A DNA stretch of 64,000 nt from Kudoa neothunni. Taxonomy: Eukaryota > Animalia > Cnidaria. This document shows, piece after piece, positions 36,630 through 49,830 of this stretch. The notes under the pieces were generated by a model. That model was not told the origin of the DNA. It worked only from the letters and a program-made list of their open reading frames with translations, and did not search any database. A program made the position numbers and the translations under genes. Numbering within the stretch: position 1 is the first letter of the stretch; each line of letters begins with the position of its first letter. The DNA lies in the NCBI GenBank assembly GCA_964304625.1, contig OZ199840.1, positions 2,148,532 to 2,212,531 of the forward strand, written 5' to 3'.

Positions 36630-38415
36630 CAGTGTTTCCCAACCTGGAGTCATGAAGGATTTTGTGTGGGTCTTAAAATTTTCTGACTAATTTGGACGGC
36701 GCAGGAAAACGCGGACCCATCCATTCTGTGTAGGATACGGATACCTTTGAAATGGAGAATATTCTTTAACTATGGACTTAAGATATATTGATACAATATA
36801 AATATTAACTTGATTTAAGTTGCATGTTGTTTCATGAGTAACAGAGCATATATCAAGCTGGGGAACAATAAAAAAGCTTACCTCATCATGCGACCTGAAA
36901 CGGTCAACACGTTTCCTAAGCAGACAATACTCATTCTCTCGTCCGTTTGTTTGTTTTTGGTACAAATGAAAATTCATTCAAATACAAATCAAACAAATAT
37001 GCGAGTTAATTTTTCTATTCATTAAATTTTAGACACGTAACTATTTACCTATTTCTTGGAACTATTTGATTTCATACGTTTTTCAATTTTTAGTTATTTA
37101 ATACTTACATGAAATCTTTCAAAATATGTTTACAAGGAGCGAACATTTTAAGAGAATATACTGAACATTAAAATTAGCTATTAAAATTGAAACCATTTAC
37201 AACACTTCAGTTTCCTCCCGGAATTAAAAATCCCAACCTAAAAAGTATAAGCGTTATCCATCTAAAATTCTTCTGTTGAAAGAATTTTGTTAGTTCATAA
37301 CATTAGCTTAGATGAAATTTCGCACGTCCAAAGAATATTTTTTTACAGTCCTTTTATATGCCAGTCATTATTTATGATCAACGAAATAAATTTTTAAGTA
37401 TTTTTTAACAGAAACTATTATAGAACTAGAGTTAACTTATAAAGGATTCAACTTTTATAAATACTGTGCTCATACTTAAAAAACAAGAAAGTATTCGAAT
37501 ATGTACTAATTTTAATTAACAAAAAAAAATTGAATGAATTATTTTAAAACAATTTAAATTGCATATATATTTTTCTCATATATTTTTGACTCAATAATGA
37601 CTTTAACTAATGGATTCAATAAAGAAATTTAATTCGTCAAGACTATTGATGGGAATAATGAACTTATATTTTCGCTTTAACTACAAAATTAATTTTAACA
37701 AATGAGAAACTATGTAATTTGTTTGAAACAAAATAATGATATTGATTATGTATTATATGTAGAACAAAAACGTATTTTACATCAAGAACCAATATATTAT
37801 GAATGAAGCATTCGCATTCGCATTCACATGAAATAAATTGATTATATTTATATTTCATTGAATTCAAAAGAAAACATGCCATATATGAAACTAAATATTT
37901 TTATATGGATAGAGAGAAATTATAAATAAAAACATTTTGTGTTAATTGCACTGAATATTGAATGTGGAGGAAAAAAGTTAGCAAATACTAATAATTTTTT
38001 AATTTTTATTTATATCATTGAGCCCGACAACTAATTTAGAAAAAATAACTAATAATAAATATTAAAAATAGAAAAATTATATATAAAATAATTAAAATTC
38101 GGGAATATCACGTAAATCATTAAAAACCACATGATAAGTGAATATGGGAGTAGCTTTATGGTTGAATAATATTGGGTTCAAGTAAAAAATTACTACTTCA
38201 AAAGTTCAGTAAAATTAATGGTAAATAATATTTTTAGATTAACAGTTAAAAAATAATTATGATAAAGTATACAATTTAAATTATATGTAATATTGGATAA
38301 AAATATAATTAAAAGAATAACTTTTAATTCTAGCAAACATTTTAAAATTTACGTGGGTCACCGGATATTTGTTTGAAAAATATGGGTCACGCCCGAAAAA
38401 GGTTGGGAAGCACTG
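36630..38415. mobile_element. hAT (Charlie/Buster-type) degenerate element
   Basis: TIRs CAGTGTTTCCCAACCT / AGGTTGGGAAGCACTG with GGGTCAC subterminal repeats. TSD is not preserved. Confidence 0.7.
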
Positions 38416-38439
38416 ATCTCAACTATATAGCGTTAGTTA

Positions 38440-40007
38440 AACTGTTTTTGAGAGATGTTAAGGAAAATTGTACCTATGACCGAAGTTTCACAACTATTGG
38501 CCTTCATAAATCCACAATTTTATGGTTCTTAAAAAAAGGAATTCGAAGATAATGATGATGAGACCGATGAAGAATGCATTCTTTAGAAAAGAGATGGGAC
38601 GGGGAGGTCAAAATTAACAACCGCCCATAAATCATATATCCCAAGTTTAGTGAAGGATTACGCAATTACATTAGATTCAATCGCCAAGAAACTACAAGAA
38701 GAACATAATATCGGTGTTTCTAGGTAGATAGTTGCTAATTGTTTAAACGAGTTCCCATTATATCCTCAAAAAATTTCAGTTGTACCGATTGCGACACATT
38801 CTCATGGTTGCATTTCAAAATGCAAATGTGTTTTTATTAATTATCAGCAATGTTATTTATTAGTTATTTTTTAGAATATCTGCAATGTAAACCACTCGAT
38901 TTTCCTGTAATTTGCATTGATTTTATTTTGTTTACAAGGTAAAACCCCTGGCACAACTCATTAGGTTGTGGAACTCTGGTTGGTCAGACCTCTTCCATTA
39001 ACGCTGTAGGCACCACAAGACGTAACATGAAACCCCACCACTTATCCTTATGCGGTAATGTGGGACTTTAACCCACTAAACATCTCCGTCTCAGGGCGAC
39101 CACCACCCCAAACCCTATCCCTTTAAGGACGTTGGCTCTATGAGGCCTGCAAATTACTTGCCTTACGATGTGAATAGGAGATCCCAACTCCTATTCACGC
39201 GAATTGGCTGCTAGCGCACCCACCTCACAGCGAGCGTACATTGTAACCACAGCTCCCAAATATGGGATAGAGATCCACCAACATGGTGGCAGTAGTTTGA
39301 CCACCGGTGGATTAGATCTCATTACCACAAGGTTCTGAACCCGAGTGTCACACCGATGTGCTATCTGTCCTCATTTACATTGATGAGTCTGACTCCTCGT
39401 TCTCTATGAGACAAACATTTGGAAGGTCATTTTAAGGTTTACGAGCGAACCTTAAAGTAAAAAGTATTCGATCCAAAAACATCACACTGGTAGTTGCTAT
39501 TAGCTCTGAAAAGTTTGGATTTTTCAGCTGGAAAGTGGAACAATGAATCAGCAAGTTTTCTATGTTTTCATAGTAAAAACTTCTTGTTGATTTATCGAGC
39601 GACAGAATTCAAAATGCGACGTCAATTATGGACCAATGTAAGATTTCATAAAACCGATCTTATTCGTCCAAAAATTGATTCAAATGGCCATAAGCTTTTG
39701 TTTTTGGCTCCATATTCACTATTCCTCAATCCTATAGAGGAATTCTTCCACCAAGTAAAATCGATCATCCAAAGAAAAACGTCCACAAATACAGTTGAAT
39801 TAATGAAAGCTATCTTGGATCATCCCGATGAAATAACACCTGCCCATCTTCAAAATTATTCTAGTAACGCAGGTTCGTATTTCTCAAGATGTTTAGATAT
39901 GGAATAAATAGAAAACTAATACTTATATGCTATTCATTATTAATCTATTTGACACACTCACTGTTGCATTTGAACCGACATCGTCGCATAAAAGTCCTCA
40001 AATACCG
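38440..40007 (+). mobile_element. IS630-Tc1 DD34E element, pseudogenised and interrupted by a SINE
   Basis: HTH region at 38476-38760; ICID|ES split by the SINE; NVRFHK..LLFLAPYSLFLNPIEEFF; right end AAATACCG|TA. Confidence 0.85.
38922..39372 (-). mobile_element. tRNA-derived SINE, 451 bp
   Basis: 12-bp TSD ATTTGCATTGAT/ATTTACATTGAT. The minus-strand 5' head has an A-box-like TAGCACATCGG and a B-box-like GAGATCTAATCC, and there is an A-rich tail. It is GC-richer than its flanks, and a second partial copy lies at 10490-10570. Confidence 0.8.
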
Positions 40008-40986
40008 TATATTGATTATTTATTATAAGTTTCCAGGTTTTAGTGAAGTTATTTTTCATAATTCGTCTTCTGACTTAATAAAAATATCAACAAATATTTA
40101 TTACAAAATTATAAAATGAAGCAACAATTAGGATGTGAAAATATTTATAAGTATAAAGGATCACCATTTGCTACGATATATGCGTATTTCAATACTCTAA
40201 GGAAACATCCAAATTAAAGTTTGTAATGATTCAAGGGCTTTTGTGGAGAAACATTAATTTTTCCTATTATTTTTAAGAATCAAATAATGTAATCCTATAA
40301 GACTTATTATAATAAATGAAAAATCGTGTTTTATAGTTTTCTGATATACAATAATTTTTACTCCACGAATATTGCAAGCATTATTTTAATAAATTCAACC
40401 GATAAAGGAATAATTATTTACACGTATGTACTAACGGATATGCAGTTAGGAGAATAGTTTTATATGAATACGGATGAGACCGGGGGTGTTGCAGTTCTAC
40501 ACTTCCATACACGAATCTCAACTGTTAACCGAATTATATAATTCATCTTTATGTATAGGGTTAATGCGTCTACGTTGATATTTATGTGAATACCCTCCTT
40601 ATTTCTGGAGTTTTAAAGTAATTGATTCTATAAGCATACTTTGAGGTATGTATGAATGGATTTAGATATGAAATAAGTTTGTTTTCATCATTAATAGCGA
40701 AAGAGACTAGGAGAAGCATGAGATAATCAAACAGATTGAGTCTTCATTATATAGGGTTTGTTGAGCGTTATCACCAACTTTTCAAGTAATTGTGTCGATT
40801 TGTCAAGCATTGGTTCCGTAGATTTCGATGAAATCGTCCGCTCTGTTGAACCATTAGTGATTAAATCCAATGTAGGTGTTTGTGTTCTTATTTCATCTAA
40901 TAAATAAATTATTTGTGTTGACATTGAAGCAATTTGTAGCTGTTTTTGGGAGAAATGCGCTAAAATTTATGCCAAGCCAAGAGATA

Positions 40987-42190
40987 CGGTATTTCTCGAT
41001 CAAGTTGCAAGCCACGCGTGTATCATAGTATCATGGCGGGTGAACGATCACAAATTTCAGAGAAAGAATCGATTAGTTCAACTCAAGTGAAAAAAAATAA
41101 TTCTATGATTAGCGCAGAGACTTGGGGGTCGATTGTAATAAACCATAAAGTATGTCTACTTATATAAACTTCACTTTATAATTATTAAGACTGGGAAAAC
41201 AAATCGACAAATAGCGAGTGACTAACTTCCATGAATCGTCAGTTGGTCGCATCGTAAAAAAATATAATGAAACAGGGTCGTTTTGAGAAAAATCACTGGA
41301 GGAGAGAATCGCTCCATTTTAAATGAAGAGCACAAAATTTTTATTATTTCTGAAGTCGACAATAATTGCACGTTTTCGTTGTATCAGTCGTGCGAAAAAC
41401 TTTCTGATCAATTCGAGATCAAAGCTTTGAGACACAATCCAACAGGCCCTAAACGAATTTCATTACACACTCAAAAAGATCTCGCCGTTCCAATTGATAA
41501 TAACTCACCTCGCACGATTTCAGTAAAATATGAGTATGTTATTTTCCCCATAATTTTTTTAAATTAACAAATTTAGGTATGTGAATGATTATATCAGACT
41601 GGAACCAAATTATATCGACATGATCTTTATAGGTGAGTGGGGATTTTCATTGGAGACTCGTAGATCTCAAGGAGGATCTGCTTCCGCCTTAAGAGCTAAT
41701 TTGAAAGCGAAAACCATAAAATCGCAAAATATTTTCTTAATTGCCGCAATGAGCTAAACCAAAATTTGTGGATTTAAGCATCATAAGAGCGTGTAAATTA
41801 GGCAGCTTTTTTCACAGCCTAATTTACGAGAGGAACTATTCAAAACTTTGTCACAAGATGTAAATAAAAAATGCGTGTTAATAATGGACAATGTTGTTTT
41901 CCCCAAAACCGAAAGTGTGAGAAGGCTCATTGAAAATAATGTGCATAAATTACTATTGCTACCTCCATATTCATCTTTGTTGAATCCAATTGAAAAGGTT
42001 TTCGCTCAATTTAAATCGATTGTAAAAAGGAGGTCACCAAAAACTCATGAAGAATTAATAGAATCCATTGAGAAATAACGAGGAGATTTCATCGGTATGT
42101 TGCCAAAATTATGTGAGACATTCCAAGTCTTACTTCGTTGCTACTCTTCAAAAAGAGCGAATTAACAATTAGAATTATTTTAGAGCATAC
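40987..42190 (+). mobile_element. IS630-Tc1 DD34E element, pseudogenised, with a putative 43-nt intron (41534-41576)
   Basis: Left end TA|CGGTATTT. Transposase motifs GGENRSIL, MIFIGEWGFSL, NIFLIAAMS and MDNVVFPK..LLPPYSSLLNPIEKVF. Confidence 0.85.
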
Positions 42191-42950
42191 TGTTGGATTA
42201 TCCAGGACCTGCTACCGCTCCACTTTGAGAGTATAATACTAGGAGAATGAAATCTCTAATAAGTCACCCGCTCTCGCAGCTTGCACATTTATAAACTTTA
42301 TATTATTATTAAAATCGCGTGGTTGTTAGTTTAGTAAAACGTGTTTCTATGGCCGCATTTAATTTAACACACACAACACTAATTTTTTTTTCGTGTAGCT
42401 TGGAGATAGTATTTAATTTTGAGAGAGAGACTTTCATGTTGTTTGAACACACTTGTAACTTAATTGAGCATAATGGTGGGATACGCGAGTAGCTTGTAAC
42501 TTGATCGAAGAAATACTGTATTTTTAATTTGAGTAATAAAAATCTATTTTCGTTAATTATTTTCATAGAAAGTTAATGGTGCGCACATTTTCATATCCAG
42601 TTCAAAATTTGACATTAAAAATTCACCGGGCCAAAAAAAAAAACGTTTTAGATGACACTTTAACGGGATTTACTAATTCGGGAATGAAAAAAATACGACG
42701 CTGGTCTTAACTTATTTAACGTTGATGCTGAGCCACGAAATTTTTAAATGAACGCCCGGACTGGAACACTCCTTCAAGGAAATGATCATAATTTAAATTT
42801 CATAATCCAAATCGTTTAAGTATGATGATGAAAAATTTTTAGTTATTTTGATTCTATGGGTTAATTCGAAACTTCAATATATTTTTTGAATGGTATTAAA
42901 AACGTCTCTAGGCAAAATCTTCCCCAAGCAATGCCGGTAGTTCGCGCTAT
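42190..42950 (+). mobile_element. Non-autonomous Helitron family A, 3' part
   Basis: Colinear with 57226-57868; ends CCCAAGCAATGCCGG..GCGCTAT. A related upstream piece lies at ~40790-40920. Confidence 0.75.
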
Positions 42951-43129
42951 TATATGATAAAAGCGCAAAGTCTTGTTTTCTCTGGAAACCCAGAAGACCA
43001 CAAATTAGGGGAAGTCAAAATGTTGGCATACCTTAATACGAAAGGCCTGAGGAGAACGGTCCTTGAATTAACGGATGAGAATTACCACGAAAAGTTTCAG
43101 TACAGAAATCAGCTGACATACTCCTAAAT

Positions 43130-43700
43130 TATTCAATTATTGGATGACAGATCCATCCAATTGATTATGTACGATGCCAACCAAAATGGCATTATGATTC
43201 TAAAGACTCCGTGAATATCACACGTATACAAAATATCACGGATTTCTAATCTATACATTAAACTCTCAAATCTTATATTACACGAGGGTGAGGCCATAAT
43301 GGATTTCCAAATACGAGCGGAATCAATATACAGATATCTAATAGTAACGGGAGAGTCTATATCCGGGAACATGGTGATTGCAATGATATTTAACGGATTG
43401 CCATATAATTATACTTCATTCGTCATTGTGAGTACACAGAACAACAATTAACACAATGCGGCCGAATTCAAATCTATGTTGACGGAATACAACGTTACGG
43501 TTGCAAACAAATACTACCGTTATGATACAACTGCCACAATGAAACATAAAACATATAAGAAACCCCACGCTAAACTCGACAAACAAACTAATTCGTGTCA
43601 TGCTTATGGAACTAAGATCACAAAGCACATCAATGCAGAAACAAAGATTCACTATATTACAAACATTGTAAGATATCTGGTCATTGTATCAATGCACGCT
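43130..43700 (+). mobile_element. Highly decayed retroviral-type integrase core remnant
   Basis: RYLIVTGESISG.. and NAAEFKSMLTEYNV..HKTYKKPHAK weakly resemble the rve core. Confidence 0.4.
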
Positions 43701-44289
43701 TTAGGAAGATTCGTAGTTACGTGTTGTAACTAAGTTTGGAATGCGAGCACCAGAAGACGAAAACAGTTTGAGAGTGAAACAATAAAAGGAATTAGCTTGA
43801 TGATAAATTTCTGCAGTGTTTAAATACTACATTTTGTATTGACGCAACCCGCATTGTGGCGTGAACTCGTGGAATAGGTGATGTTTGATGTGTAGAGGAA
43901 AGGGTGGCGTTTGGGGATATTATTCATTTGCCATCTACTTGTAGGATAAGGTTATGAAATGGATATTAAGGGATGAGTATTTCTATTTGGTGAATATTGG
44001 GGAGAATCATTTACGATGATTATGAATCACATTAGTCGTTTGCTGGGAAAAAGTTGAGTGTTGTAATTTTGAGCTGGAAGGAGATTATAATACTTAACAT
44101 TGTTATAAGAAAAGATTATTTTCATGACATCACGGAAATCTGCAATGATTAATCCTAAAAAAATAAACCGAAATCGGGAAATTGGTGAAATAGTAAGACT
44201 AAAAATGACAAGAATGATGGTAAAGAATGTATTTTCTCTAGTAATTGCTATCATTCCATTGGTAACGACGATTCTACCGTCAATGAGAG

Positions 44290-47197
44290 GAGATTAATAG
44301 ACTGTGGAGCGAAGACGAATCACATACTGATCAATAAAGTATTGTTTATTAAATTTCCAAGCGATTTCGTCCCATGCAATCAATTCATTGAATTAACTAA
44401 TGAAACTAAGACGAACAAACTGATACGGAAATTATCACAAAAACAAAAACCAAAGGTAAATTCAACCAATAACCTAATAAAACCATTACAACTATTATAG
44501 ACGAATGTCTGTGGGCCTATTAACCCAGAAATAAGAGATGACAACATAAATATTGAATTTTGTGGATTGTTTTTCGAGTCATATGCCTACATATTTCCTT
44601 CGAAAAAGGGGGATGCCTATCTTTGTCTAAAACAATTTCTGCCTAATATTTCTCCAATTGATGTAATTAAGCAAATACACTACGAAAATGAAGGTGAGTT
44701 TAAATCCAAAATATTTACGGGTATGAGTAGAAACAACATGATCAAAATGACGTTTACTTGTGCTTATTATCTTCATCAAAATGGAAAGGTGATAAGAAAT
44801 GGGCGAACCTAAAGGGATGGGACCAGATGCTTATCACAAGATAGATGAGTAAAGAATTTTGGAACTATGCTCTAAGCTGCATGGTATACATCCGAAAAAG
44901 TATAATAAGGAAATACAATGATAAAACTCCTTACGAACCGTTCACAGGAAAATACCTAATTTGGATAAATGTCATTCGTTTGGAATTGGATATTATGTAA
45001 GGAGGGTCACCTAAGAAAGCTAGAACCTTAGTGCGCTGGATGGTCAATTTAGGAGAATTGACGAAAATTCAAACGGATGATACATCATGTTGGTAAACAA
45101 CAAGATACATATCTCATGGAATGTTTCATTCGTAAGCATTGACAACGTTGAAATCCCAATAAACATGTACGAAAATATTCTTTACTTATTCTCTACAAAT
45201 TGTACAAGCAACACCGAAAAATTTAAAGACAAAAGTCTACATCAACAACCAACATTGTAAAACAGTACAAACAACCAAGGCAGAGCTATACCAAACGAAT
45301 GACCTAAGAGAGAAGCCAGAAAATGAAGTTATTTGTTGTATTACGTTAGCGATGTCAAATATCAAGAAATTTAATTTCATGCATCCTACAATGAAGCTAT
45401 TAATTCCAACGAAGCCTCCAAATGGATATCCGCAATGGACGATGGAATAAATTAATTGGTAGCGAACAATACATTTATCTTAACTCATCTACCAGATACA
45501 ACCAGAGAAATATAAGGAAAATGGGTATTTAATTCAAAGAATAATGACGATAATAAATCGTGATACAACGCCCCTTATGTTGCATGCGGTTCTCGCAAAA
45601 ATACGGAATTGACTACACAAATATTTTTCCTCTACAACTAGCACAAATACAGTTCGAACACTAGTTCAATTGCCCGCTGTCTAATCTAGACATACGCATC
45701 AAATTGATTTCAAAACGACATATTTAATGCAGATATTGATACTGAGATATTTGTCAAACAATTAAAAAGTTATTCTAGAACTGATTCAAATGGTAATTAT
45801 TTGACATGGAGATTTAACAAATCATTATATGGGCTCAAACAAAGTGACCTAAAGTGGAACGAGACTATAACAAAATATTTATTATCATTGGAATGTCAGC
45901 AGTACAAAACGGATAACTGTTTATTTACCTAGAACTTTGAAAAATATAAATGTGATGTCATAATCGTAATATAGGTTGATGATATGCTATATTCGATTAA
46001 AGTATAGACGCAATCGAAAGTATAAAAGAAGATTTGAAAAACAATTTCAAATTTGATGATAGAGGCACGCTAAGCTATTTCTTAGGTACACATTTCCGAA
46101 GAATGAGTGATGGTTCATGGACAATGAACCAGTATCACTTTGTCAATTCAACAATTAGATTCGATATGTATGATGGATATGCACTGAATTATATTCCAAA
46201 TGAAACATTTCATTTCGATGAAAATGATCCGTATGTATGAGATGAACCCACTGACTTTCCTTACAGGGAAACTATTTGGCATTTGATTTATATAGCTGGA
46301 AATACACGACATGATATATGTTATATTACAATTAGCTTGTCTCAATATTCCAACAATACCACCAAGTTACACGTTAGAATCCTCAAATATCTCAAGTCTT
46401 AGATCAACTATAAGCTAGTATACAAACCATATAACAATATAACCCTATTTGGATAATCAGATGCAGATTGGACAAACGAGGAACTCAATTAGGGGCTACG
46501 AAATTAAACTTTACGATAATTCAAGTACAATTACATGGAAAACTAGAAAACTGCAATCAGTTGTTGTTATGTACATAATCTCTTCCCAGCCCTGTACACA
46601 AACCTGGTAATTAGTTGAGTAATCCATTTAATTCATTTTTCACATTCATTGTATTTTTGTGTCAACGTGTTTTCCCTTGCTAACGTTTTGCTAAACTTGG
46701 ACACAACAGTTATTTTTGCAATTTGTGAAGCCGAATTCATGACGTTTACTGAAGTAAATAAAAAGACTCAATACCTACTCCATCTACTAGAAGATCTCAA
46801 CTTGAAAATCATTACGCGTATTATTATTAATTGTGATAATACTGTCTCAATCCCCTTGGCCGATGTAAAAACCACCTACAAATCCAAACATATCGACCTT
46901 AAGTCCATTATCTACGAGATTAAACTAATGTAACATATGTCGTAACTGAGCTAAACTATTTGGATCTATTCATTAAAGTACCGAACCAAGTAGGGCAATG
47001 TGTAAATATTGATTGGTTATTTCCAAAGATCAAAGAGAAGGGGTGTTAATCCTATACACTCCATCTTAAGTAAAAACCAGCAAGAAAGCATACGAACGAT
47101 TGTTGTCGGGATTTTCAAGTGTTAATGTGATATACGAAAACATGTTATGCGTTGTACATTGTTTCTTTTGACGCCATAACTGAATACCACCTCAACA
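44290..47197 (+). mobile_element. Ty1/copia LTR retrotransposon, degenerate, with its 3' LTR (47044-47197)
   Basis: Copia domain order: protease LIDCGA, integrase (NVCGPI, ENEGEF, HQNG), RT (HQIDFKT, LNKSLYGLKQS, xVDDML), RNase H (SDADW, ITWKTRK, CEAEF, CDN, KHIDL). The PPT AAAGAGAAGGGG is followed by TGTTAA...TCAACA. Confidence 0.9.
46565..46708. mobile_element. Solo LTR, 144 bp, inserted in the copia RNase H
   Basis: TGTTATG...CACAACA with TSD GTTGT/GTTAT. Removing it restores QSVVFAICEAEF. Confidence 0.75.
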
Positions 47198-47269
47198 CCT
47201 GGCCGTGGTTGGTATTTCCTTCCCAAGAAAATTATCTTTATTAGAATTTCGCCAATTACAATCGTTAAA

Positions 47270-47402
47270 AGTATGGTGCTTCAAAGAAATGTTAATTTGG
47301 TTGTTCCTGTGTGTTAATTAAAAACATTAATATTTTTTGAATGTTATTAAGAAAGTGCTCAATGATTAATATTCCCAAGCAAGGTCGGGCCATTCGCTCT
47401 AG
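47270..47402 (+). repeat. Helitron family A 3' end fragment
   Basis: AATATTTTTTGAATG..CCCAAGCAAGGTCGGG..CTCTAG|T. Confidence 0.55.
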
Positions 47403-47799
47403 TCTTTTTATAAAGCCATAAACCAATTAGTATATCCTGGTATTTTGCGAGGCATCATGAGTAATTTTTCATCTTTACTGAGGGGAACTTATTGAGAATC
47501 CTCTATTTATTTGTTTTCATCAATTCCATCACCCTTTCGTTTGTAGATCAATATCTACATTTTCTCCATTCGAGTATTCTTCTTAATTTGGAATAGAACG
47601 GTCGTTATAATGTTAAAACAACTAATCTTTATGTTTAAAACAATATTCAAGGCATATCTTGCTTTTACTTCAATAGTCATTATTTCAAGTTTAGCAGTTG
47701 ATTTACTTGTTACTTTTTGATAATATTTCTTTAATTCGATTTTTGGAATAGAGTTAAAATGTTTCTACCGTCTTTTATAGTGCGAGCTATAATCTCCAT

Positions 47800-49830
47800 A
47801 GTTATGAAAAAAAATCATAACACACGGGCCATAATCTCCTTTATTATGGAGAAAATTCATTACGCACGACGTATGAAATGCATGAAAACAATTGATAATT
47901 GCAAATAATTGCATATTTACGCTGAGAAAGAGACACACGTTAACTCAAATACGACCACAACAACTAGAATATAATGCATAATCCGTCAAAATGAGCGGCC
48001 GATTAATTATACTGTTTGTTTATTCTCTAGGGATATAACATCTCCCCTCTGTTGAGAAATTGATTCCTGGTATTTTTGGAACAATTTTCTTTCTTGTTGG
48101 TCTTCGATTCTGTTGATGACCTGTAGTCAATGAGGTAGGACTTAACGAATTTTGTGATGAATTGGAAGTATGGAAGGAATCTTCAGTTGATGATCTGATT
48201 TCGGGGCTTAGCTCTAGATTGTGTGTTGTACATTTTTTCCATGGTATTATATCATCATTATGAACAGTCTTATGTTTATCATTAATTTGAACAGTGTATG
48301 TAACACTACCAAGTCGTCTCACTATTCTAGCACTTTCAAATGTATTTGTTAAATAATTCTTTACGTTCTCGATTTCTCCATCAAAAAATGGCCTGAAATT
48401 ATTAAAGGACTTTGGAACAATATCTTTTTCAGCTGGGGTTAGACACGAAAACTCGAGCCTTGATGGTTGTTTTAAAAACCTTTTAGCTGGTATTCCATTT
48501 GTGATGGAATGAGGAGTATTTCGATACCAAAATAGGAACTTGGTTATATCGATTGCAGAAATTATTTCAACGTTTGTACATATCTCTCTGTCATGCCATT
48601 CGATTGCGGATGATAAGGTGGAATCGTCTTATGCTTTATTTGGTAAAATTCGCAAAAGTCACGAAATGTGTGACTAATGAATTAGGGGCCGTTATCACTT
48701 ACTATTAGTTTAGGCAAATTAAACCTACTGAAGAAATCATTAAATCTTTGAATTATGCTATTGGTTACCATATCGTTCACATTGTAAACTTCAAGCCATC
48801 GCGAATAAGCATCTACGATTATCGGAAAGTAGCATGATTTGAATTCCGAATAATCTATATATATATATATATATATATATTCTATCCATCGGAGAAAGAG
48901 CTAGTTCTCATGACAAGAACAAGGTTTTTGGTGGTGATTTCGAATATTTCCTTCAGTTCTCAAAGGCATCACACATGCTTGGAATGCCATTGTCCGTTTC
49001 TGGAGATTACATATATGTTCTAGACAATGATTCCAACTGCTGTAAAACGAGATGACTCCGATGTAATCCATCCAAAATATATTTTCTTAGTTTTATTGAG
49101 ATTACCACTTTGTTTCCACATATTAAACTCCCATTTGAAATCGTTGGTTCATCTTTTCGTTTGAAATATGGCATCAATTTTGGATTCGTTTGAGTGTTTG
49201 ACCAACCATTGATAATAGAATTTTTTAGTAGCCTTAAAATATTATCATTATCAGTTTTGGTTTGGACCGTTTCAGCAGATAAGTGCAAGGAATTTAAATA
49301 GGAGATTTGGAAACAATCAGATTCAATTTTGAATTCGGGATTATTAGCCAATGGAAGTCTCGAGAGTACATCAGCGTTGGCATTGTTTTTTCCGGAGCGA
49401 AAGGTCAGTTGGTAGTCATAATTTGATAAAAATATACGCCATCTTTGAAGTCTAGATGTAGAACTGGAACGAATTCCCGTATTTCGTTTAAGCAATATCG
49501 ATACTGGATTATTGTCAGTAAGTATAGTAAATTTCCGTCCATACGCATAACGTTGAAATTTCTTTACTGCGAATACAACAGAAAGAGCTTCTTTTTCAAG
49601 TTGGCTGTAATTTTTTCAGCATTATTCAAGGATTTCGAGGCAAACATTTGCTAGAAAGTAGGGCCTTTTTGGTATTAATAAACGCATTATCGCATTGCTG
49701 GGTCCAAATGAATGTTGAATTTACCGTAGTAGTTGATCAATCCCAACCGTAATCTCAACTCATCTACGTTGGTAGGTGATGGACATTCAGTAATGGCCTT
49801 AGTTTTATCAAGCATCGGGTTTATTCCTTC
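47800..49830 (-). mobile_element. Ty3/gypsy (Mag-like) pol 3' half with 3' LTR
   Basis: AEKNYSQLEKEALSVVFAVKKF, RLQRWRIFLSNYDY..NADVLSRLP and integrase (VDAYSRWLEV, LIVSDNGP, PPYHPQS). The PPT AGAGGGGAGA is followed by TGTTATA at 48040. The LTR's far boundary is approximate. Confidence 0.9.
48857..48880. repeat. (TA)n microsatellite
   Basis: About 12 TA units inside the gypsy integrase remnant. Confidence 0.9.

Noticed and set aside
36015-36642. Short minus-strand ORFs as Helitron Rep/helicase remnants
   Set aside because: Motif resemblance is too weak to support without a profile search.
39100-39260. Hammerhead ribozyme within the SINE
   Set aside because: No CTGANGA...GAAA core with proper stems on either strand.
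39295-39372. Functional tRNA gene
   Set aside because: The B box is degenerate, no clean cloverleaf forms, and it lies within a TSD-flanked 451-bp unit, so it is a SINE head.
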